From a virus, in IMG/VR virus record IMGVR_UViG_3300021138_000002, positions 1 to 64,000 of that record: a stretch of DNA of 64,000 bases; one strand, 5' to 3'. The notes below the pieces were generated by a model. It had not been told where the DNA came from and ran no database searches. It saw only the letters and a program-made list of their open reading frames with translations. Of this stretch, positions 8,839-18,475 are shown one piece after another (the stretch's first letter is position 1; each line of letters opens with the position of its first letter). The position numbers and the translations under genes were made by a program.

Positions 8839-9858
8839 ATGATAAACGCATATACCAGCTGGCAACCATTGGAAGAAGTCATAGTAGGGCGTGCATACAC
8901 ACCTGACTATTTTGATTTTATTGAAAACGCACAAGTGCGTAATCAATTGCAACAGATCTTGGTTGAGACCGAAGAAGATCTTGACAATCTACAAAAGACA
9001 ATCGAAACTTACGGTGCTCGAGTACGACGTCCTGATCTGATTGACAAACATCGTTTTCAAGATTTACAAATCAACAGCAACGGTGCTCCATTGCCACCAT
9101 TGACACCGAGAGACTGGCAGATCACCCTGGGACAAAAGTTATTGCGGGTGTTGGCCATCCAAGAACTCGATACCATCTGTGCCGACTATGCCGATCAGGT
9201 CATAAACCCACACCGCAGTGCTTGGGACCCGGACTGCATATTAAATGGAGCCAGTGCCAGTTGTATCGTGCGAGTAGGTCAAGACGTGTTCTTCGACAAC
9301 AGCGATTATCTTCGACCCGAGCAAACCAGATGGATAGTGGACAATGTGTTAGGGCCTGAATATCGGATTCACGAAGCCATAACAGACGGACACGGCGATG
9401 CTGTATTTGCCATACTCAAGCCTGGTGTGATACTGTCAAGCAAACACGACATGCACTTGCACCTGGCTCAAGACTTTCCCGGCTGGGAAGTTTTAAAAAT
9501 CTGGGACTCAAGTATCTGGGCTGCCATGGAAGTGGGCAAGTTCAAATGGGAAGCCAATCCTGGAGCCTGGTATGTGCAGGGCCAGACACCCACACCCGAA
9601 TTTACTGCCTTTGTGGACACCTATTTAAACAAGTGGACCGGCTTTGTGGCCGAAACGGTGTTTGATGTCAACTGCCTGGTATTAGACGAAGAAAATGTTA
9701 TCTTCAGTGCCTACAACCGAGATGTTTTTGATTTTTGCAAGCGTCATAGGATCAATCCAATCATATGCGAACTGCGTCACAGCTACTTCTGGGACGGTGG
9801 CATCAGTTGTTGCACCCAGGATCTGCGTAGGCGTGGCGGGCTAGAAACTTATCTATGA
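8839..9858 (+). CDS. Amidinotransferase (glycine/inosamine-phosphate amidinotransferase, pentein fold)
   Basis: SWQPLEEVIVGR, PRD, GHGDA, FDVNCLV, WDGGISCCTQDLRR with the catalytic Cys. Confidence 0.88.
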   Translation: MINAYTSWQPLEEVIVGRAYTPDYFDFIENAQVRNQLQQILVETEEDLDNLQKTIETYGARVRRPDLIDKHRFQDLQINSNGAPLPPLTPRDWQITLGQKLLRVLAIQELDTICADYADQVINPHRSAWDPDCILNGASASCIVRVGQDVFFDNSDYLRPEQTRWIVDNVLGPEYRIHEAITDGHGDAVFAILKPGVILSSKHDMHLHLAQDFPGWEVLKIWDSSIWAAMEVGKFKWEANPGAWYVQGQTPTPEFTAFVDTYLNKWTGFVAETVFDVNCLVLDEENVIFSAYNRDVFDFCKRHRINPIICELRHSYFWDGGISCCTQDLRRRGGLETYL

Positions 9859-10547
9859 TCAAACGTGCTTTAATTTTAGGATGCAGTCATGCTGCCGGAG
9901 CCGAGATGTACCGAGATCCTTCTATACAGGTTGAACATCCGGATTCGTTTGGTTATCTAAACAGCTACCCGGCATTGGTAGCACAGAAGTTGGGTTATGT
10001 TCCCTTGAACTACGCAATCAGTGGCGGTAGCAATGATGCCATGTTTAGAATATTCTGCGAGCAGATGGATCAGTTGACTGCTGATGACATTGTGATAGCC
10101 TGTTGGACCGGCATTGACCGAACAGAAATCTGGCACGAGCTTGATCGACGTTGGTTACCGTTGAGCATTGGACAACACGACTTTTGCCCAATACAACCAA
10201 GTGACTATGCCTTGTCGGGCTTGAATGTTGGAGGTAAAATTTCTTGTCACCAGGATTATGAACAGTACAGTCATCAATGGAGCAAGTATCATGTTGATTT
10301 GAAATCCAGTCAGCTAAACAAATTGAAAAATATAACAGCACTAAATGCCATGGCCAAAGATCGATCAATCCCGGTCATGAATATTGACAGCTTTTGGCCG
10401 GTCAAAAATAATTCCACCTGGGTTATCAACGAAACCTATTATGATTGGGCCACACGCAATAACTGTGTCAAGACTGCCAACGGTCATTATTTTCTAGACA
10501 CACATCAACGTTTTGCTGATCTGATTGTGTCTAGCTATAGACATTGA
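9855..10547 (+). CDS. SGNH/GDSL-fold protein (esterase or acyltransferase)
   Basis: ILGCSHAAG block I, NYAISGGSN block II, C-terminal NGHY. Confidence 0.7.
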   Translation: MIKRALILGCSHAAGAEMYRDPSIQVEHPDSFGYLNSYPALVAQKLGYVPLNYAISGGSNDAMFRIFCEQMDQLTADDIVIACWTGIDRTEIWHELDRRWLPLSIGQHDFCPIQPSDYALSGLNVGGKISCHQDYEQYSHQWSKYHVDLKSSQLNKLKNITALNAMAKDRSIPVMNIDSFWPVKNNSTWVINETYYDWATRNNCVKTANGHYFLDTHQRFADLIVSSYRH

Positions 10548-11982
10548 CACCGTACAGTTGTTCAAATTGATCAGCGTCGGCTCGATCGTTTACCATGGGA
10601 CGGCCACGTATGTTCAGGCTGGTATTCAACAGCATAGGGCATCCGGTGGCCGCATACCAGGCTTCTAGCAAGCGTCTAAATCCCGAACCGTCAGCGGGTA
10701 CAGTCTGCACACGACTAGTCCCGTCATGATGTACGATAGCAGGATACAGGTCAGGATGCCGGCAACGACCGACTGTTTGCATGTACCTACTAGTATGCCA
10801 ATTGGCAGGCATATCAAAATACTCATGCACATGCTCTTCCAAAACAGCCGGGGCAAACGGTCTAAACTTTTGTCTACGTTTGATTTCATTGACTCGATCT
10901 TTTATATCTCTTCCTCGCGGGTCGGCAAGGAGACTGCGGTTTCCGAGTGCCCGCGGCCCAAACTCTGCCGCACCCGAGGCGACACCACAGAGTCCATTAG
11001 CCAAAAGGTCGTGGACAACGGCATCAACAGGATATTCTCCGGGAATGACTCGGCCCAGATAGGCATGATCAAATTGTATTTGTTTTCCATAGGCCAAAGC
11101 GGCCGCACCAAGGCTACTGCCAGCATCACCAGGACAAGGCATGATCCAAATTTTTTCAAAATATTCACCGAGTTTTCTATTAGCAAGACAATTTAGGGCA
11201 ACACCGCCCGAATAAACCAAATTTGTGCTCCAGCCAAATGCTCTGGCTCGGCGCATAATACTATATATCATCTCTTCACAAACTACCTGGGCACTTGCCG
11301 CTATATCTTGATCTCTGGCTCCGGGCAAGAATTCTGGATCCAGGCCGGCATGCAAATTGTCATAGGCTATGGCATGCAGTTGATTGCTGTAACAGGCCTG
11401 TCCATAGGCAACCATGCCCATGGTTATGTATTCTTCTTCCATGGGTCGTAAGCCTACACGATCGGTCACAGCACTGTAAAACAATCCTATACTTTGTGGA
11501 TACCATTGACGCCACAGTCGTTTGTACTGAGCCTGTCCGTTGCAGTATTCGACCGACCAGATGGTGGCAGTGTCCCATTCACCAATGGCATCTATTACCA
11601 CCACTGTGGCCCGATCAAACGGTGATGTCTGAAAGCCACCAGCCGCATGACTGAGATGGTGATTGTGTACCGTGACAGGTACTCCGGGAAAATGACCTTT
11701 CAGTTGATGTCGTAGTATCTGACCTGCTGTGAGTTTTGACCATTCTAGTCCTTGTCCTGAGTAAAGCTGTCGCAGTTGTTTTTTCCAAGGTGTTTCATAG
11801 TAGGCTATGTGATCGATGTGCCGATCTTGGGACAAATCCCAGATAAGGTCATTGTGTATGTCCGGATCATTTTTAATTTTGCTGTAGCGTTCACTGTGTC
11901 CGGCAAACGCAACTTTGCCTGAACCGTCGATCACGGCCACAGCCGCATCATGAAAACCAGCTGAAATTCCTAATATATTCAT
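10531..11982 (-). CDS. Carbamoyltransferase, NodU/CmcH/TobZ family
   Basis: MNILGISAGFHDAA, SERYSKIKND, HHLSHAA, DAIGE, GGVALNC, PGDAG, EFGPRALGNRS, FRPFAP, DGTSRVQTV, LLNTSLN. Confidence 0.95.
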   Translation of the reverse strand: MNILGISAGFHDAAVAVIDGSGKVAFAGHSERYSKIKNDPDIHNDLIWDLSQDRHIDHIAYYETPWKKQLRQLYSGQGLEWSKLTAGQILRHQLKGHFPGVPVTVHNHHLSHAAGGFQTSPFDRATVVVIDAIGEWDTATIWSVEYCNGQAQYKRLWRQWYPQSIGLFYSAVTDRVGLRPMEEEYITMGMVAYGQACYSNQLHAIAYDNLHAGLDPEFLPGARDQDIAASAQVVCEEMIYSIMRRARAFGWSTNLVYSGGVALNCLANRKLGEYFEKIWIMPCPGDAGSSLGAAALAYGKQIQFDHAYLGRVIPGEYPVDAVVHDLLANGLCGVASGAAEFGPRALGNRSLLADPRGRDIKDRVNEIKRRQKFRPFAPAVLEEHVHEYFDMPANWHTSRYMQTVGRCRHPDLYPAIVHHDGTSRVQTVPADGSGFRRLLEAWYAATGCPMLLNTSLNIRGRPMVNDRADADQFEQLYGVNVYS

Positions 11983-12595
11983 AAATTTTGTTTGCAATTA
12001 TTTCGTGTCCTTGTTCCAACGGATGATGATTGGGTCCTATAGGGACACCTTCGCACCAGTTGCATATTCCGGCCTTTTGCCAATCTAGATAGTATTTGGT
12101 ATCTATATGCGATATTAAATCTTGATTGTTTGTTGCTGGAAATTCTGTATTGTATGAGGCTGTTTGGCACATTATGTATTTTTGATTGTTTGCTTGAAAA
12201 AAATTTTGTAGTAGTATTATGTTTCTCAACCAAGCTCTATAACTCCATACATCCATTTGATTGGTATGATTGATCGTGAGTATTTTTGTTATCGTTTTTC
12301 GTTCTTGTAGTGCCAAATGATCGGTATTTTGACCTGGCCATGCATCAAATATTCCGTAAGGATCGCAAAATTCTATTCTGGCAAAGTTTGGCCAGGCAAC
12401 GACAATTAGTTCGGCATCGTTGGCGTAAACACAATCCATGCTGCGTTTGACCACTCTATTGGTGCCAGAGCCAGATCTTCCTAGATTGATCATAGGTCGA
12501 TCCAACAGTTGGCCCAACAATACCGGCCAGGCTGACTGTGTAGGATCTGTCAATTCGTCACCGTAGGTAAAACTATCGCCGATGCAATAAATCAT
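11948..12595 (-). CDS. SGNH/GDSL-fold protein
   Basis: IGDSFTYG, NLGRSGSGT, NHHPLEQGH. Confidence 0.75.
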   Translation of the reverse strand: MIYCIGDSFTYGDELTDPTQSAWPVLLGQLLDRPMINLGRSGSGTNRVVKRSMDCVYANDAELIVVAWPNFARIEFCDPYGIFDAWPGQNTDHLALQERKTITKILTINHTNQMDVWSYRAWLRNIILLQNFFQANNQKYIMCQTASYNTEFPATNNQDLISHIDTKYYLDWQKAGICNWCEGVPIGPNHHPLEQGHEIIANKIYEYIRNFSWFS

Positions 12596-12693
12596 TTGTA
12601 TATAAAAGGGTCTCTTTTACGCAGTTCTTTGAGTTTTTTACGATAGCGTATTTCCAATCTAATACGATCAATTATGTGTTTAATCCATTTCAT
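12592..12693 (-). CDS. 33-aa basic peptide MKWIKHIIDRIRLEIRYRKKLKELRKRDPFIYK, not in the ORF track
   Basis: Fills the gap exactly, with ATGA overlaps at both ends. Confidence 0.75.
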   Translation of the reverse strand: MKWIKHIIDRIRLEIRYRKKLKELRKRDPFIYK

Positions 12694-13772
12694 GTTTTTG
12701 ATCCTTGTGTTGAGTAATCGTATCCGGGTTTCATTATGTCAATTTGTTGCTGATAATAATCAGGATCGGTCCAGGTATAATCATAAGTTGCCGTGATATC
12801 TCCGGCTGTGATCTGATATATATCCAGATGTTGAGAAAGTACAGGCCAAATCTGTTGATAATCATCGGTTCCAAAACTTTCTTTCAATTGTACCTGTCCC
12901 ACAGGATGATATCCAAAATTGTATTCCGGGTCAGTGGGGTCAAAACCATTGCGTTCTATCCAGGCCCTAAACCCAATCATGCGATCGGTGTGCCAAGGAT
13001 ATAGTCCACCGTGGGTGACATCTCGTGCCCATTCGATATCAAATTCACCGCTGTAATAACGCAAATGTGTAATGGCATCGCACGTGGTTTGATCTATATC
13101 GGCACCGTTCTCATCAACGTAAACTTCGTAAAGCGTCTTTCCTATTTGAGTCCAGTGCAGGTATACTCCACCAAAAACTCGATCGTATCTGGTTTCGTCA
13201 AATGTTGTTTTGTATTCGGTTGGAAACTCAATTCTTGGTGCGTTCAGGAATGTAGTAATCTGAGTGGGGCGTACCCACTCAGGCTGTCGTGCCTGCTTGC
13301 GTTGACTTAGCATGAGACTTTCTGCTTCGTGACAGAGATTGTTTAATTGTCTAATTGCAAATTTTGTTTGATAATCTGCACGACGGTAATAGTCACTCAA
13401 TTGCCAGACAGTTCCTTGCAGATGTTCAAAATGATTGTGCAAAAGATTCATGGTTGCCTGATTAGGGTCAAGCGTAACAGGATCACGCAGTAGATCAGGC
13501 GTGTACGTTTCTACAATATGATATCGGTCTTGGAAAAAACCGTTAATTTGGTTTCGTGCCCATGTCAGTTCTTGACAAATAAAATCTAGATTTCTTGCAC
13601 TATCTGGGAATCCCAAAAAACAAAAATTCTTTTCCAGATACTGATTGCGCCTTACCAGATCCTGCAATGCCAGATACCATCGACGGGCCATTGGATCGTC
13701 ATAGACTGCAATAGTGTAGTCGATAAGATCTTTTCTATCTAACGGATTGCGTAGCACTACTTTAACATTCAA
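12690..13772 (-). CDS. Hypothetical protein of the modification cluster
   Basis: 360-aa ORF coupled to both neighbours; motifs NLLHNHFE, LNNLCHEAE, YLHWTQIGKT. Confidence 0.85.
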   Translation of the reverse strand: MNVKVVLRNPLDRKDLIDYTIAVYDDPMARRWYLALQDLVRRNQYLEKNFCFLGFPDSARNLDFICQELTWARNQINGFFQDRYHIVETYTPDLLRDPVTLDPNQATMNLLHNHFEHLQGTVWQLSDYYRRADYQTKFAIRQLNNLCHEAESLMLSQRKQARQPEWVRPTQITTFLNAPRIEFPTEYKTTFDETRYDRVFGGVYLHWTQIGKTLYEVYVDENGADIDQTTCDAITHLRYYSGEFDIEWARDVTHGGLYPWHTDRMIGFRAWIERNGFDPTDPEYNFGYHPVGQVQLKESFGTDDYQQIWPVLSQHLDIYQITAGDITATYDYTWTDPDYYQQQIDIMKPGYDYSTQGSKT

Positions 13773-15060
13773 TTTGATTCCACCATTCTAGTACGGCAGG
13801 TCGTTCTGCCAAGATATTATTCATAGTATACTGGTCTTTTCGTATTTGTTCAAGTTGCAATATTCTCTTTTTGCCTCGTATCAATCCAGTCCGATAGGTG
13901 TCGGGCCACTGTTCTTCAAAGGTCTGCCGAGATTGCAATTGAACAAGAACTGCTCGCATGGCCCCTGTGGTAGTTGGTATTAACTCTGCTAACCAAGGTG
14001 CCAACAGTGATCTGGGCAGTGCCAAGGGACTCATGACTATATCGGGTGAAAATGAAAATATCACCTTGGCCAACACATCAACTCCCAACTGTTGTGCCAA
14101 TTGTGTGATTGATCCGACTTCAAACATGCCGGGCAAGGTCAGGGTAAAATCTATTCGCATCTGTCTTGAGTGTCGGGCGACGGCAACTCCTTGTTGGAAG
14201 TTTTCAAGCCATGCCTTGTAGTCCAATCCGGTGCGTATGTATTCGCCAATCCTTCCTGTTCCATCAAGGCTTGCACAGATCTGCCAGTCTCGTAGCCCAG
14301 ATAAAATATCTTGATACAGATTCCTACCGCCATAGCTGACACGGCTAAGATTAGTATTATATCTAGCATAAACATGTGGTCCATCTCCTAGTTCAATTAT
14401 TCTGGCCATGTAGCGCCAGTGCTGTTCATACATGAGTGGCTCACCACCTACCCAGTATATTTCTTCTACCCTGTGTTCTTCTACTGCTTGGGCAAATTCT
14501 GCTTCGATCTGTTGATCTTGGAATTGTGTAATTTGTGCTTTTATTTCTGGAATCATCCAATTATTTTTACTATTAGACCAGTCAATCATGTTGTGCTGTC
14601 GTTGCTCGCTTTCCCAGGCACTCGACAACATGTCACCACACATACGACATTTGAAGTTGCAGAGATTGCTGAATCTATAGTCCCAAGACACCGGTTTCAT
14701 AGTGGTATATCCATCAGCATCTGTGGTCGTGGCAATCTGATTTCGTTTGTGACCAAACAGTTGGTTGAAATAGCTACGGTACACGTCGGTGTTGAGCAAT
14801 TGATTGTTACATACCTCGCACTCGGGCAAGATTTCTCCGGCCATCATTCGACGACGCACCGATCGCATGTGTTCGCTGTTCCAATGTTCGTCCAAAGTGA
14901 TAGGATGATATCGCCCACTTCCGGACGCGGTGTCTATGTATTGTTCAAAGTTTTGAGCAGGCTCTCGACTGGCACAACACATCCTGCGTTCGGTTTGCGG
15001 ACTGAGATAGGTGTGTGTCCAGGGTGCCATGCACAAGGTTTGAGAGTTATCCATTGACAT
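13762..15060 (-). CDS. Radical SAM enzyme with N-terminal Twitch-like domain (type A)
   Basis: CMAPW...CC...CEVC, then CNFKCRMC, GGEP, YNTN, SLDG. Confidence 0.92.
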   Translation of the reverse strand: MSMDNSQTLCMAPWTHTYLSPQTERRMCCASREPAQNFEQYIDTASGSGRYHPITLDEHWNSEHMRSVRRRMMAGEILPECEVCNNQLLNTDVYRSYFNQLFGHKRNQIATTTDADGYTTMKPVSWDYRFSNLCNFKCRMCGDMLSSAWESEQRQHNMIDWSNSKNNWMIPEIKAQITQFQDQQIEAEFAQAVEEHRVEEIYWVGGEPLMYEQHWRYMARIIELGDGPHVYARYNTNLSRVSYGGRNLYQDILSGLRDWQICASLDGTGRIGEYIRTGLDYKAWLENFQQGVAVARHSRQMRIDFTLTLPGMFEVGSITQLAQQLGVDVLAKVIFSFSPDIVMSPLALPRSLLAPWLAELIPTTTGAMRAVLVQLQSRQTFEEQWPDTYRTGLIRGKKRILQLEQIRKDQYTMNNILAERPAVLEWWNQIEC

Positions 15061-16015
15061 AGTTTAACAGTGGTTGTATTATTTCGGTATTGACTCGTTG
15101 GCCCACCAATGTTTTATCAAAAAATCTTTGATAATTATGCTCAATTTTGTCAAGGGTCAAAGTATCGTAGGGTTGCCGCACAAAGTTTTTTACATTGTCT
15201 ATTATTTTGGCCAATTTTGAATCGGGTCGAGTTGTGTCACTGTTGTCAATTTGGTCATAACTTTCGTCAAACAAGTTTTCAAAAGTTTCAAATCCCAACG
15301 AATGTAAATGCGACAAAGTATTTGTTTGCCCGTAGACCATAAATGGATGACGATAACACAATGGCTTCATTGTTTTTTCGGTAACAAAAGGGCAAGGTCC
15401 TGAATATCGGTCTATGCCAAATCGATCATATTCCAATACCGGCACATGATCCGTCCAGGTTTCGACCACCAAACTAAAATGCGTGTCGTTGTACCAAGAT
15501 AGATCGGTATAACGATCCCAGTCTCCGGCATTTTTTTGATCATTGGGCAGGTAGATACCGTCGATGGTATAGCTGTATATGCAGTCGTCTAAATAAGGTT
15601 CCATCGCTTGGTACAATTTTGTTTTGTGGGTTTTGACATTGCCGATGGGCATTAGTGCTAGTTTTTTATAGGTTTTGACAGGTGTATATTTGTGGTTGCT
15701 TCGATCAAGCAGGCAGTCTTCGTACCAGAACCAATTGACATTGTTCAATATGTAATGTTTGTCAAGTGCAGGAACATATCTTTTATAAAGATTGAGCGGC
15801 TCATGTAAATTATCAACTACAAAACGAAACCCATCGTGGTACAGTGCTTGCCACCAATTGTCTTGATCGTACAAGCTGACCAATACCAAACTGTGATTGA
15901 TATCATAGTTGCTGGTCGGATCATAGGCTACCAAGTCAAATTCTTTCTTCAGCACAGTATAAAGAATATACTCCACGAGAGATTTTACAATTATAGTTGG
16001 TTTATTCATAATCAA
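15047..16015 (-). CDS. Putative glycosyltransferase with GT10-like 'TEK' motif
   Basis: FSLVVET...FVTEKTMKPLCYRHPFMVYG...GFETFENLFDESYD. Confidence 0.6.
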   Translation of the reverse strand: MIMNKPTIIVKSLVEYILYTVLKKEFDLVAYDPTSNYDINHSLVLVSLYDQDNWWQALYHDGFRFVVDNLHEPLNLYKRYVPALDKHYILNNVNWFWYEDCLLDRSNHKYTPVKTYKKLALMPIGNVKTHKTKLYQAMEPYLDDCIYSYTIDGIYLPNDQKNAGDWDRYTDLSWYNDTHFSLVVETWTDHVPVLEYDRFGIDRYSGPCPFVTEKTMKPLCYRHPFMVYGQTNTLSHLHSLGFETFENLFDESYDQIDNSDTTRPDSKLAKIIDNVKNFVRQPYDTLTLDKIEHNYQRFFDKTLVGQRVNTEIIQPLLNYVNG

Positions 16016-17210
16016 TCAACTTGGCCAATTCGGGTTGTATTTGCGAAAGATTTTGGTTGCGTTTGCGATCAAGGTCACGCACCCGCATTCGCAATATGTT
16101 TCCGTCTAAACTCACACCACGATTCATAAAATATATGATTTGAGCAAATTCTTGTTGGGTAATTGTGTTGACCTGAGCCGATTGTAATTTTTCAGTGATC
16201 GCCTGCTTGGCCGTGTCTGGCAAGGTACTGATACTGAAGTAATAGGCCTCGTGCATCATGTTCCAATACACAAAATCAAAATCCTGTGTATCAATCCAGC
16301 GGGCCACGTCCTCAAGATAGTACACGTTAAAAACGTTCACAGTGGTGCACACCTGTAGTCGTATGTTGCGGAAACGTCTACGCATTTCTTGAAATTTCTT
16401 TATGTTGTCACACACTTCACTCCATACAGCATTTGATCTTTGATACTCAAATCTGGCACCTACATCGTCTATGCTGAATGCTATTTCCACGGTCTTGAAA
16501 TGGCGCCAAATTTCTTCGCCTTGTTCGGGCCATTGGGTGCCATTGGTATTGTAGTGTATCTCAATATTGCCGGCGATGCCTCGATCGATCAGATCATACA
16601 GTAGATCAAAGTGCTCCTGTATCATGAATGGTTCGCCGCCGGTAAATTCTATATAGCGTATTTGATCCGACACCTGATCCAGTTCGGTCCAAAATGTAGG
16701 GTTTTCTCTAGGCCATGCTCCTTGCCTGAGCATTTGGTAATGATGGTTTGATCGGCGATCTTCTCCAGGAGAGAGATTGGCCAGTTCTTCGGTGGCAAAT
16801 GTGCTCGAGCTCCAAGATCCACAAATACGACATTTCAAGTTACAGATATTGCCCAATTTCAAATCTAAAAACATCAAGGGTCGAGCGTCTTGTGTCCAAG
16901 GTTGATCAGGTATCATGTGCTTGAGACGATTGAGTGTGTGCATGCGTTTACTGACCCGACCGGCTGATTCTTCTCTCCAGCATTTTCTACAGGCTTGTGG
17001 TTGCTTCTGATCCAAAAACTGTTGTCTAAGATCTTGCATGTACCGACTGCTTTGTATGTCGGCAAAATTGGCCCTGTTCAAATCAAATTTGTTGCCGGCA
17101 TCGTCTACGATTTCTTCTTCGGCCAAACAACAGGGTCTCACAGTACCAATTGGACTGGTTTCCAAGCTGACCCAAGGCAATACACAAAATTTGTCGTGTG
17201 GTATTTTCAT
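16002..17210 (-). CDS. Radical SAM enzyme with N-terminal Twitch-like domain (type A)
   Basis: CVLPW...PCC...CRKC, then CNLKCRIC, GGEP, YNTNG, SIDD. Confidence 0.92.
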   Translation of the reverse strand: MKIPHDKFCVLPWVSLETSPIGTVRPCCLAEEEIVDDAGNKFDLNRANFADIQSSRYMQDLRQQFLDQKQPQACRKCWREESAGRVSKRMHTLNRLKHMIPDQPWTQDARPLMFLDLKLGNICNLKCRICGSWSSSTFATEELANLSPGEDRRSNHHYQMLRQGAWPRENPTFWTELDQVSDQIRYIEFTGGEPFMIQEHFDLLYDLIDRGIAGNIEIHYNTNGTQWPEQGEEIWRHFKTVEIAFSIDDVGARFEYQRSNAVWSEVCDNIKKFQEMRRRFRNIRLQVCTTVNVFNVYYLEDVARWIDTQDFDFVYWNMMHEAYYFSISTLPDTAKQAITEKLQSAQVNTITQQEFAQIIYFMNRGVSLDGNILRMRVRDLDRKRNQNLSQIQPELAKLIDYE

Positions 17211-18475
17211 GCGACATCCTTGAGTTCGGGAATTGTTGATAAAACACTTTCGTGTCTCATGCGATCAAGTTCGAAGGTCTTTTCCCAAAATTTAGGTATC
17301 AGTTTTGAGTTATCTGTGGCTGTCATAAATCTCCAGGCACTTTCAAATCCGGTCGTGGCACGTTGCAACGGGTCCAGGGGACGTAACCATGCAAGATGTT
17401 CATTGAACTTTTCAGAGAGTTTTGCTTTGTACAAGGCCGGAGCAATATCAATACGCAAATGTGCAGGATCTTGTAGAATATTTACATTTAGGTCTTGTGG
17501 TCGAATCAGGCCGCGGTCGGCCCAGTTACGATGAAAGTCCGGCAGGTGCCAGGCATTCATGATGCTCAAGGTAGGACTGATATAAAAATCAACGTTGGGA
17601 CAGATCGCTAACATCTGTTCGCGATTGCGTTCCACTGTGTCCCAATTGGTGCCTTTTCTTATATATTCGGCCCGTGGTCCCATGGCATCTAAACTGGCTC
17701 CCACAGCCACTGACTTGAATCGTTGCCAATAATCAAACACTGTGCGATCTTTGAGTTTGACCTGTGTAAAGTTTGTGTTGTAGATCAAGCGAACATCAAA
17801 ACGACCTCTACGTTCCAGTTCATCAAGTATGTTGTAGTGTTCGGCCATCATGAGTGGCTCACCACCAGCAAAGTAAATCTGTTCTACATAATCCAAATGT
17901 GGGATCAGTTGTTCCCACATGTCGGTCGCGGTTCGTCCGGCATAGTTCAATGCCGAATGGGCATTTGCCCAACCGTTACCAGCCAGTCGAGCTTGATCTT
18001 GATACCAACTGCTGCTGAATATGTGTCCACAACTGCGGCAACTTAAATTGCACAAATTACTAAATCGTATGTCCCAGTAGGTCATTTCAAAAGGATATTG
18101 TTCATTCTGTAATTTTTTAATATGATGCCCGTGGTGCTTGTTGGCTGACCGACGTCCAGAAAAAAATCCCGATTGCTCTTGTTCATAACAACGTTGACAG
18201 GCTGGCGATTTTATTTCGTTGAGCATGTTATCTCGCAATATGCCCATTGGTGTATCGTAAAAGATTTCTTCTAGAGTATTGCTACGGCAGTTACCTACTT
18301 GTCCTACTCCCATTTCGGCGTGACAGCACGGATATGCTTCGCCTGTGGGATAAGCGTGTAGGTGTATCCAAGGATAGATACAGAATGTCTTGCTGTCTTT
18401 GAGCAAAAATTCTTCTCGAGAATCTAACTGTGTCGGTCTTACCAAGTCTGTGCTGTTATAGTTGTATTGATTCAT
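17207..18475 (-). CDS. Radical SAM enzyme with N-terminal Twitch-like domain (type A)
   Basis: CIYPW...PCC...CQRC, then CNLSCRSC, GGEP, YNTN, SLDA. Confidence 0.92.
   Translation of the reverse strand: MNQYNYNSTDLVRPTQLDSREEFLLKDSKTFCIYPWIHLHAYPTGEAYPCCHAEMGVGQVGNCRSNTLEEIFYDTPMGILRDNMLNEIKSPACQRCYEQEQSGFFSGRRSANKHHGHHIKKLQNEQYPFEMTYWDIRFSNLCNLSCRSCGHIFSSSWYQDQARLAGNGWANAHSALNYAGRTATDMWEQLIPHLDYVEQIYFAGGEPLMMAEHYNILDELERRGRFDVRLIYNTNFTQVKLKDRTVFDYWQRFKSVAVGASLDAMGPRAEYIRKGTNWDTVERNREQMLAICPNVDFYISPTLSIMNAWHLPDFHRNWADRGLIRPQDLNVNILQDPAHLRIDIAPALYKAKLSEKFNEHLAWLRPLDPLQRATTGFESAWRFMTATDNSKLIPKFWEKTFELDRMRHESVLSTIPELKDVA

Noticed and set aside
8839-11982. Saxitoxin-like toxin cluster (SxtG amidinotransferase plus SxtI carbamoyltransferase)
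   Set aside because: No SxtA-like PKS/AONS or other sxt genes; the context is glycosyltransferase-rich.
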